Assembly: GCA_963924565.1 (NCBI GenBank)
Contig: OZ004607.1
Coordinates: 29,760,001-29,824,000 of the forward strand
Length of the DNA stretch: 64,000 nucleotides
Direction of reading: 5' to 3'
Source: Ascidiella aspersa
Taxonomy: Eukaryota
Shown here: piece after piece, positions 25,839 through 37,800 of the stretch
How the letters are laid out: each line of letters opens with the position of its first letter
Numbering within the stretch: position 1 is the first letter of the stretch
Notes under the pieces: generated by a model
Seen by the model: only the letters and a program-made list of their open reading frames with translations
Databases searched by the model: none
Told to the model about the DNA's origin: nothing
Position numbers and translations under genes: made by a program

Positions 25839-28800
25839 ATGGCAGACATTGGATATGAGAGCAATGAACCTCCACTTGTATGTGTCCCAGATAAACCGAT
25901 TAAGTCCAAGGCCAGGTCAACACTTCCAAGTCTGCTTGCTATAGGTAAGATACACTACTTAATACCTACAATACATACAAGCCATACACCTACTATATTT
26001 GCATTAAAACATCAAAAAATGGCTTTAATAAATTGTATTTTTGGTGTATATTTTTTATCTACTGCTCTGAGTTGAAGCCCCACAGCTATCATCCGTAATC
26101 AAAAATGTTAATGGTTAACATAGGGTATGTCTGAAAATATCGGATCAGAGCCGATACAACTTGCCAAGTGGTAGAATTGGTACTCGCCTGATACTAGGGT
26201 TGATTAAGTGCTGATTTCAAACTAATTTAATGTGCATGATTTATCCATGATTTGTCACCTATAGTAGGTTCAGAACTGAGGGTATTAAAAGTTATTCACG
26301 CTAAAGTGAATTTTTAACCTAATAACCTGGGAAAAATTATCTTTAAACTTTTAATTTTATCCTTTTTGTTTGGTTGGGCATAGTAATGAGGTCATAGTTT
26401 TCTGGGTAGTAATTTTTTGTGTTTTTTTTTGGTATCAGATTAAAATGTCAGGTGTCGGACATCCCTAGTTATCACTTTGGTGTTTTTACAGGTAAATGTG
26501 CAGATGGAAAGCCATGCATTTTGTCCAAGTGCACAATACAAAGTCGCACCCAGTTTGGACCTCTCGATGCACCTTTGGCAATTGTAGACCAAGCAAAGAA
26601 ATCTAAGTTTCTGATGAAATTTAAGGTGTGCAAATTGCATAATGACACTACAGATTTTTTACAAAAAAACATTTTGTTGAATATTGGATATATGATTGTT
26701 TGTAACTTTGCACAAATAGCACTATTTATTATGGAAATTTTATTTTATGTACATTTACTTCAACTTCCAAACTGACCAATTTTTCAACCTTATTCTTTTT
26801 TAGCCTTTGAATGATAGTACTGTTGCTGACAAATCTGCTGCACAAGAATTATATTATAACGTAAGTAATAAATATGTTATTTACAGTGTTTTTTATATTT
26901 TTTTATCTTCGTTTTTATTTCCGTTACACTTTAAGTACATATACCTTTTTATAGACGGCAGATGAAAATGTGTGCAACTGGATGTCACTGGTTAACCCTG
27001 CCACTGTTTTAGAGGAGCAAAGCTTAACATCCATCTCCAGGGATGGAAAAGTATTTTTTGTAACCACGAAAAAAATTGAGCCAAGGCAAGAGTTGAAAGT
27101 AAGTTTAATATATTAATGATCTTTTTTTTTATAATCTTTTTTTATTTAGCCGACCGGATTTAACAAGTGTAGAATTAAACTGTATTGGATGATCATGTAC
27201 TGTGTTAGAAGCATATTGTCAACAAAGGAATAGCATACTGAAAATAAATCATTTTTAGGTGTGGTATTCGGCAGACTATGCTCGTTTCAATAATAAAGCC
27301 ATTCTACCCGCACAACGCCAACCTTCGAATGACAGGTAATTTGTTTTATATTCTATAATTTGTCGTCACATGATGACTTTTGATGTTGATTTTTTTAGTG
27401 GTTGAAAATATTGTAAAGAACTTATTGCGCGTTAAACTAACTAAACGACCTCCTGGTTCTGCTCAACCCGCTAAACCAACATATTTTTTTTAAATTGTCG
27501 ACTAGCAAAACTCAAATATATATTTATATGGTTTTCTGATCTGTATTTGTCTGGGACAGTGCGATTACAGTTAATACTCGCCGGACCCAGTTTGTGTCAA
27601 GCGAAAATTGGATTTGGGCACTAACTTAACTGTTTGTTTGCGAAATTTTACACGTACATTAAGTAACTCGATTCTTTAGCTTTACTTTAATGTTTAGCTT
27701 TAGTCTTCATTAACCGCAATTATATCAGTACAAAGGTTGAAAGCCACTGTTCTAACAGATAAACGCGCGTCGCGCAAACTCACAGTAACGTAGATCGTGT
27801 TGATTCATTCGAGCAGCCGAAGCAGGCGCCAGCGTAAGCTGAAGTCGGTCAAGTTCCACGCTTACTTCGATATCGAGGAGGAAGGGAACGGACCCGAGGT
27901 TCGCAGTGTCCCGCCCAAGAAACGTGGATGGCGCCGTGCCAACATCAAGCTCGTCAATGTATGTCCAGAGAACTCTTTATTTGTAATTTTCATGTTTCGT
28001 GGCTGCACTGCTTGATTATTTCCTGCTGGGCCGGGAGTGCTTTAATTTTTGTTCTCTTATTTACAACTTTATCAAACGTTGTTTAACTCCAAAACCATAC
28101 CACCAATATATATCAATCGTAATAATTTAGATAAAACGAACTTTAAATATCAATTTCCACTTCTCATTTCCTATGATGGCGACTAGCTGACGACCATACA
28201 TAGATGTTTTTATGTCTGCTGGCAGCACAGACATCGTACATTTTCAGCCCCAGAGTTTCGCTGTGCAACTGAGGTTTAGCTTATTGACGAGTAAAGGCGT
28301 CACTGGCACGCAAACGACATTATTTCACATATCATAAATGAATCATCCCAATTTATCTGTTTTATGACAAATTAGTAAAAATCAAAACAAAAATATCAAG
28401 GCGATGTTGGTTAGAAGACCTCACTGAATATCAATCCGTTGCATTTTGCCGTTCGTATTACTAAATTGTATATTTTGTCTGGGAATGTATATCGCGTCGG
28501 AGCCGATACGCGATGACGTGATGATATCGGTACTCTGATTCTAGGGTGGTATCGGTGCCGATCCGATACTTATCGGTGCCGTTCCGATACTAAATTAATA
28601 TAAGTATTTTAGCCATGATTTTCCGCTGAAAGCAACGATTTCCACCTAAAAATGTAAACTTATCAACAATAGTAGGTTAACAAATAATGGTAATTAAACC
28701 TCTTAACGTTCAAGCAAACTTTGGCCAAATAGCCTTAGAAAACATAACTTAGAACGTTTCAATTTAATATATATTATTTGTATGGGCATTGAAAGGATGT

Positions 28801-31800
28801 GATATGCTATTGGATCGGATCGCGATACTCTTTTCCCAAAAATATCGGTTATCGAAATAAAATATGAAATATCGGACATCACTATTTCTGTCCCAAACAG
28901 GAACAGGCAGCAAGCTCCCAGCAAGCCGCAGCCACCGACGTATCCACGATCGCAAAACCCAACAACGCCAAGGTACTAATCTATAAAAAACATACTGTAA
29001 ATGTTGCGTATACCATACATCAGGGCTATACTCAACTATTGTTTAACAAGGGTCTGGTTACAAAAGTTAAAAATTTGCCTAGGTCCGTTATAACTCCCAT
29101 GGAATAATTTACAGTCATGCAAATTGTAATACGGTATAATTTACATATGTCATTCGCTTCAACTGAGAATTCTGTAATGTCCGTTACTATAAAAAGACAG
29201 ACAAGGCACCGAAAAGGTCCGCATTCGGACCGCGGTCCGCCAGTTGAGTAGCTCTGCAATATACATAGAATGGCAACTTTGCTTTACAGTCTTCAAACAG
29301 CAAGGCTTTACCCTCGCAAAGCGACCTGACGCGAGATGCAAGGGGAACCACCAGTCCCGCAACCGCTCACACCTGTCCAACTTGCGGAAGGTCGTTTAAA
29401 AGGTAAACTGTTCGTGTGCTGATCGTTTTTCTCGGTTCGTCGGACTTAACCCCCTTTTATACATTTTTTGGTGTTCTGCCAAGCCACTACATGCCCAGAT
29501 CCTGATAAGGTTGATAACACTGGGGGCCCATGTATAGAGATGCCTTGGCCTAAGGATAAATATATTTCAATATACGATTAATGATCACTAGGGCGAATAT
29601 TTTTTGACCAAAAAAATTGAAATTTTGACACATTTTGACCTTGAAATTTATTTTTTTGACAAAATTTTGACCTATTAGAAATACATTGATTTAAACATCA
29701 TATTGTTGTATGAAGTACTGCATTAGTGTCTTAGCCTCGTCAACCGCATTAGTTTGATGTTTGTCGAACTCAAATAAGTTATTTTTTCAGGTTTAAATGC
29801 AAAATTCATAAAAATGCTTAATTGAGGTTTTTGTCATTTCAGAAAGATAAACAGCGATAAAAATGCCAAAGAAAAACATGACGCTGGTTATTTTAGAAAA
29901 ATGTTGTGCAAACAATTGAAATACAAGGTAAAAATAATTGCAGAAAATTTCCAATTACGACCGAGTATGTTATCCAAATAAGAAATAGGCTAATTGCAAA
30001 TCACAAGTGAAAAAAAATGAAATACTGTTCAAAACCATTGGACAAATCAGGACTACACAACTATATAAAGCATAACCTAATGCGATAAACTAGACCTGAG
30101 TGGTTAATTCTGCCGGCTCGCGTGCACTGTAATATTGCTCTAATGAAGATTTAATACGGTTAACATTTCGTTAGACGTAATTAAAAACTAAATTGTTATG
30201 ATAAAATGTTGAACGACAATTTCAAAAAGCTGACTATACGTTTTTGAATTTGTAAACGATTTATGTTCCTTTTTAGTAGATTTTGACTTGAAAAAATTTT
30301 GACCTAAAGTGTAAATTTTGACAAAATTTTGACTTTTTTTGACATGTCAAAAAATATTCGCCCTAATGATCACGTTTTTTTTATTTCTACATTGTTTTTT
30401 TGTTGTTAAAAATTTACGACCTTTACAGTAGGTTCTCTGCATTTCCATTAATCTTGTTACATGAGTTGCTACAGGTTTTATATTACTTTATGATAATGTT
30501 TCCTCATGATTCTTGAGTTGTTCATTGTGCGACTCTTTCGGGGTTCTTTACCATGCCCACTACATACGCTTGAGTGTTCATGTTCAGCCAAACTTGTCTC
30601 ACTGGTTTATTAGTTCAACATTGCCGTATTTGTGATATTTTTCCGCAGGCGCTACAGCCTCAAGATCCACTGCGTAGTTCACTCGGAGGTGAGCAGCTTT
30701 CTCTGTCAAGCTTGCGGGAAGCGATTTAAACGCAAGGACAAGCTTAAGGAGCACTTAAAGAGGATGCACTCAGGGAAAAGAAGCGAGACGGGTTTGTCCC
30801 AAATAAATTACCGTTTTCTTCCATGGGGAAGGCTTACATAAATCATTTTAAAGAGCAATGAAAGGATTCACTTTGAAGTGAGATTTACACTTGTGACTTA
30901 AATTATGCAGCGACCGTACATCTTCTCACTGATCAATGTTGGCTCAGCTGCGAAGCAAGTCATGAACCAACTCTAGCTCTGTTTTCTACTGTATTTAATC
31001 ACATACATACATACATATTTATATTATAAATTACTTACTTATTAAATAACTCGTTATCCAGCAACGATTCTTGCAGTAAAATGTGGGGATTTCAGTAAGA
31101 ATTTATTTTTGTTAAGTCAAGTTTAAATTCCGCATGAGGTGAATTTTACACCTGATGCCTTCGGTTAGTACGACTTCAGAAGGGCTTGATCACATATAAT
31201 ACGCATTGTGTATATCAATGTTCCAGTAAGTATATGTTATTTGCCTTTTTCCAATGCTATTTTCTTGCTTTAGTAGTTGACAAACCAATAATAAAGAACA
31301 TCACGACTACCAACAGGGAAGAACTCGCCTACAAATGCCGACATTGCAGTGCTGCCTTTAGGCGTCGTGGAATGCTGGTCAACCACCTGCTCAAGAAACA
31401 CCCGGGCGTCACTTTCGATTCGGTAAATTGCAGACGGATAGCTCAATAGACACGGGTTACACGTTACAGGATCGCTTTGTAAAGCACGGGACTTTTTGTA
31501 GTCTTGTATTTTAGTGAAATTGGCAAATATAGAACAAACAAAAAAAACGATATACTTACCAGCATTTTCCAAAACAGTGATTTAAGATATTTAAACTGAT
31601 TGTTTAGTAAAAGATTTGAGTCACTTTTGGGTTTGTGTTGTCCTATGCTTTGCATTTTATTCCGATACTGATACCAAAAATTGTGGACAAAAACTAGCGC
31701 GATGCGATAGCAAATGACGTCATATCTATGGTAAACCGAGTATAAAAATACCCAAATGTTCCGAGTTTTTCTTTACAGCATTTTTAGCCCAAATTTGCCT

Positions 31801-34800
31801 TGTTGTTAATAAGTTTAGTTACCTCCAGATGTTAAACTATACTATTTTGGGATTACTGTACCTTAAATGTAGAATAGTTAAGTTGGGTCGCAAATCTGGG
31901 CTTAAATTTCTTTAATAATTTGTTATCTGATTAGCAACGGTATAACCCTAGTATCGGACGAGTGGGGTATCGGCTCCGATCCGATATTGTCGGACATCCC
32001 TAGTTTGAGTATAAGGTTAACTTTTCGCTAAAAGAAATACAAAAAAATATTGGTAATTGCTTCGATAAAGTTTACTCTACTACTTTATTTTAATTTAAAT
32101 AAACGGGAAATGTTTTACCCGATGGTTTACCCTACCACCTACTTTTAGTAAGAATTACAACCAACCCAAGAAAATTGATAAGTGAATTTAACTGCTAGTT
32201 CGTTTAAAAGTACAGACCGCTTGTTAAATATACTATACCGCCCAGTACGTTTTAAAACTACATTCCTGCATTGTAAATTGTTAACCTGCTAGCTAGATCA
32301 AAAAGTACATACCGCTTGGTTAAATCACATTGCTCTATCGCCCAGTCCATGCGGCACCCATCTATGTGCATTGTGCAGTGTTGTTGAGACTTAAGTCTCT
32401 GTTTTCAAATGACTTGACTCGACTTAAGTCTTTTGGGTATACTTACTTGACTTGACTTAAGTCATTCAGACGACTGAATTGACTTACACTCAGGTAATTT
32501 GCACAAATGACTTGACACATGTTAACGTGCCTAAATTGAATACTTTTTATTAAAATTGAGTTAACCGAACCAATTATAAAATGTAATAAATCTTAACTTC
32601 GTATTTCTAGAATGTTTTTGGTCAGAATGGAATTTGCTTACCATTTTAGAAAGTTTCTTGACATGCGTAACTATTGACTTGAACCTATGCTATTTGTAAA
32701 AATGACTTGACTGGGACTTCATTTTGAAATGACTGCTTTACAACACTGCCTGTAAGTGTATTTTCCTAAACCGCGTTCTCTCGTGATAGATACCAGAGCT
32801 TTCGGCTCCGCTCACCAAAAGAGCGCTGAGCTTCGTCTGTCCCTACTGCAGCAAGTGCTATGCGTCGGTCACCAAACGCACCCACCACGTCAAAAAGCAC
32901 CACCCCGGCATGGCCCTACCGCCAGGCTTAAGGGGCCTGGCCAAGAAGGGTGTCGTCGGGTCGGCTGAATTGCCACCCACCATTAGTAAGTTTATACGTG
33001 ATTTGTTGCTTAATTTTTAAAAGCTTTTAGTGCGTCTGACTTTGCCTGTTGTAAGTGGATATCCGACATTTTGTTTCTTATTTTATTTCGACAACGTTGC
33101 CAAAATTGTAGGTAAAAACTACTGCGGATCCGATCTGTTGCCCAATGACTCCATTTCCACGTTTAACAAAGTTAATTAAAAAAAAAAGAAACTTAGAAAC
33201 AGATATTTTTTCCATATAATAAGCAAAAAATTACTTTAGCGCTCAGAAAGTTGTTTGGCTTTATTGTTACTATTTAATTTTTCAAAATAATCCACATTAA
33301 AGTAGAAAATAATCACTTGGATGACAGACCGTGGCCGAGAACACAAATTGATACCTGATCCGATACTTATTTTAACTGTTTGTGAAAAGTGTTAGTTATG
33401 GGCCTCCTACCAATGAAATTTCACTTCATTTTTGTTCTCTTTATCATCGAATTACTTTTGTGATTTGTTTAAACGTAGTAATTTTTGGCTTTGAACCACG
33501 TTTTTGTTGTTTGTGTGAAATTCTGATTTTTAATATTAATAAAATAAGTCTCCAATATTCCGCTATTTTATATATGCCCGAGGTCATCAAATCCTTTCTA
33601 TTCATTTGAAGTGAAAATATATTTAGAAACTTTAAAGGATAAAGCGTCTCTACGTTTCTTCGACGAAGCGTTAAATATTCGGCCTTCGCAAGTCCAATGC
33701 ACTTAACCACACGTTGCTTTCTTTCCAGGAGCAGTTGGCGAAATCGAAACGCAGCCGGTGGAATGCCCGTTCTGCGCATGTCAGTACTCCACCTGGAACA
33801 AGATGGCGCACCACGTCACCGTCAAGCATCCAGGACGTAAGCCGCCAAAACCGGTCAAGAACGCTGTCGGTGTAAGTGACGTTGGTGCGACTTTTACGTT
33901 GTTGTGCTGCGCTTCTCGCCTTGTTCAAGTTGCTGCAATATCACATGCGTTGACTTTCACCTGGCGTGCACATGTAGAGTTTAAGGGCTATTAAAAAAAA
34001 ATAAAAAAATTACATATATTTATCACAAAAATATTTAAAAAATGTCACCCAATTTTGCAATAGGGCGATTCGGGCGTATTTGGTCGCTCAGGTTTTTTTA
34101 CTGGTTAACAATGTTTTTTATTTGTTTTATAACTGAGAAAAATTGTCTTGCTTGATAAAAAAAATATATGAAAGTTTTTTTGTTAATATTGTTTGTTGGA
34201 CAACTGTTGTTTTAACCATCTTTCCCAATATGAAGAATTTTTCCAAATATTAGTTGGGAAATCTTCGTCGTTTTAAACCTAAGTAAAAAAAATAATTTAG
34301 CTTTAGCTTGCAAGGATCACCAGTGTATGATGATGTGAACCCATAATTGACGTGACTAAGACCAACATTTTATTCCTCAGGAAAATATTGCGCCCAGCAA
34401 CGAACTACAAACCGCAGATCTTCCCCGAAACAGCGCTCCCGAGGTTCAAAGGTTTCCAGGTAATTTCCTCTTTCGGCGCCAACAGAAAATACCTTAAAAC
34501 GCAACAGGTCCAATTTTAGGCTGTATTAACTTTGACCATGTCCTTTTTGTTACAGGAACTGACCTCATGGCCGGCACGACGTTGCCTGACATGAGCCATT
34601 GTGTAGAGATGCAAAGGACCTTGTTCGATATCCCTTCCACATCGGCTCTGGCGCCAAGTGTAAGTTTGACGCCCGCAGCGCAATATGTTACTCGGTTTAA
34701 GTATAGCAGGTGGTGTGTTTTTTGCTCTGTATTTAATGCCTGGGCGGTGTTACAGTCCGATTGCGCACATGCGATCGATTTTTATGTCAATATTTACGAT

Positions 34801-37800
34801 TTACCGTAAAAATGTGGAAAGTATGTTCTCCTTCAAAATGAACACTAGGATTCAACAAAGCAAACTTTTTTGTGTTATAATTTCTATCAGTTAGACTAGC
34901 CGATACCCGAGTCCGACGTGCACGTGCGCAGTAGCAATTTTTGAAACATGTAAGGCTGCAAGCTGTAAATTGTTAAGGCGAATACTGACTAGCTTATGGA
35001 TGAATATTTTCCAAACATGTATTGGTGGTGGATTATATGACACACCTGTTGGTGAATTACTGAATAATTACCTTATTTTAGTTACGTTATGGGTGAAATA
35101 CAGAGTGTAGGGTCGGAGCCGGACTTGGGTGTCGGGTGTCGGACTTTTGTTTATTTCTTTTATTAAGAAAAAGTAGCTAAGGTTTGTGGCTCTATTCTTC
35201 CCATTGGTCAAGAAAAAAACGGGAATTTCTGAGCAAAGTCAGTAGTGGTCTGAGTCCAGTTTTCTGACGCAGGTGCCGCCACGAAGGTAGGGCCCGAGTT
35301 GTAAACTGTGCAAGGCCGAAAGTAAATGTTATAAGCGCAAGGCCGAAAGTAAACGTTTAAAGGATTCCATAGGAAAAAGGCCAGGTTTCTAGTGAATCAG
35401 ACTTAACTCCACAGGGAGCAAACTTTTTTTTCTCTTTTTTACAGATCGTTTTTCTCTTTTTTACAGATCGACCAAATTGCCGGCAACAGCGCCCTCGCGT
35501 GTTTTAACGATCCAAACCACCACTATGTGGCGCAGCAGGGCGCGACCGTTACTCGCCAGGTTGCGAACATGAGCCAATGTATGGTGAACTATAACCACGG
35601 CGAAAGCGCTGTTCAGCAGGTGGGCGTTGTTCTTTATGATACAATGTCTTCGTGTACGTATTCTGCTTAACTTAGCTTTCACGTAAGAGTGGTTAAAACT
35701 TGTCTATCCCACCCGATACTGAAGTCTTTATCGGTGTACAGGAATATATTAACAACACAGTCGCTTATACTTAAGTGGATATGTATCTTAATTTGAATAA
35801 ATATAAATAGGTACAAAACAATGTTATTTAAACAAAAAGAACATCAGTGTAAGTTAAACATCATTGCCAAACACTAACAAGTAAATACTAACGAAGTAAG
35901 GACAACTACAATGTTGAGAAACCGTATGCTTTCTTACCTTTGACCGCAAGTAATGGACTGCTTACCAAATTAAATAAGTCATAAAACACTTACACTACGC
36001 AAAGTTAACAGTAATAATATTAGAATATTTCAACAATTAGCAGCGCAATTCGTTTTATGTTTAATTTAAATCAGCACGCATTATTATTACTTGCCATAAT
36101 CGATTTTTTTTACCTGAATGTAACCCTAAATATGTCCTGTTGGTTTCGCCATAGAAAGCCGAGATGTTGGTGTGGTTTAAGGCATTCTATAGTCATGTGG
36201 TCTTTTGCTCACCGCTCAGTCTAGCTTAGCGGCAGGATTACCTGTCAACTTTTCCCTCAGATACGCCAACCGGTTGTCCTCGAAGAGTACGGTGTACCTG
36301 GCCACGCCGATATAACCGCCCAACAGCTTCCGCCGCCACAACCCCAGCAACATCATACTCAACCACAACAGCTTTCACAGCCACAACATCAGCCTCAGCA
36401 GCATTCACATCAGCAACAGCTCACCCATCTGCACCCTCGCGATCGCAACGTAAGTTTTACCTCTAACGGAAATAGTGACCCAACCTAAAACCTACAGTGT
36501 TTTTTGACAAAGCTATTGTGGTTACTCAAGAAGCTATATTGTCGCTACTCAAGTGCTTAGTGAAGTATTTTCGAGCATAAGGGCATTGACTGGTTTATTT
36601 TTTATTTTTCTCAGAATAACCGATTCTTTTAACACTATATAATATAGAAAATTGATTAAAAATATCTACACTTTCGAACATTCTGAAATTACAAACAAGA
36701 CACCTGTTTTCAGTCTGCTTGTATACTTAAGCTCGTTTATTTTCCAGAAAGCCTACTTTCGTCCACGAAAACATCATTTGCTGCAAGCTAGCGTCGACTT
36801 CGACCGAAGCAAGTCATCCACAAGGTGCGCTATAGAGTCGTATGCCTAGTTTACCAGGTTCAATCCGTTATAGCGAAGGATAAAAATTGTATGTAACACA
36901 TACAATAGGTCGCGACCTTGCCAAAAGAAACTTGCTTTTAGTTTAACCTTTGCCACTGTTATACAAATACAACCTGGCGAAGCTGATAATACCTTTGCTA
37001 ACGATTTAGAGCTGATACATAATGCATTATTGGACAAATAAAATGTCATTCGATCCAATTTCAACCTCTAACTAGAACGTTGATTTTTTCGTTTTTCTTG
37101 CACACACAATCTGCGTAAATTAATTATTCACGTATTTTAGAAATATTTTTAGAAATAAATCGAGGAATCAGGTGGCACTGTATAAAGACCAATTGTATTT
37201 GATTCTCGACAAGCTTTCGCACAACCGTGCACAACAGGCTGTACTACACCCATCGTACCTTGAAGCGCAGGCCTCGTAGTATAATTGTTTTTGCGTCAGT
37301 AACACGCTTTTGCGAGCATGTGCCTGTGGATATGTTAGACGTCACCATCCTTATCGCCTTTTACGTGCATTTTAATTGTTTTCATTTATACTTTGACCTG
37401 ATGAAGCACGGTTGTGCGAAAGCTTGTCGAGAATCAAATACAATTTGTCTTTATACAGTGCCACCTGATTTCTTTATTTAGAATTAGACAAATACGGCCA
37501 TTTAGAAAGATTTTTAGAAATAATTCACTCTAAAAGGCGTTGTGTTCTCAAAGGCAGTGCAGCCATTTGGGAAAAGGTAATTGTTTTACTTAAAAGTTGG
37601 CCGAGACATCGGGTATAAACGTATAATGGCCTATGTTTTTGCACGACGACCCAAATACTAAGCATAAACATCACAGCTTAGCTTCGGCGAACCAATTCTC
37701 TTCAGTAAACTTTTTGGAAGGATAAAGTAAACAAACACAAATGAGAAATCATCGCATCAATAAATTCGAATTCAATGAATACGAGCCACCGCAATTTTCT

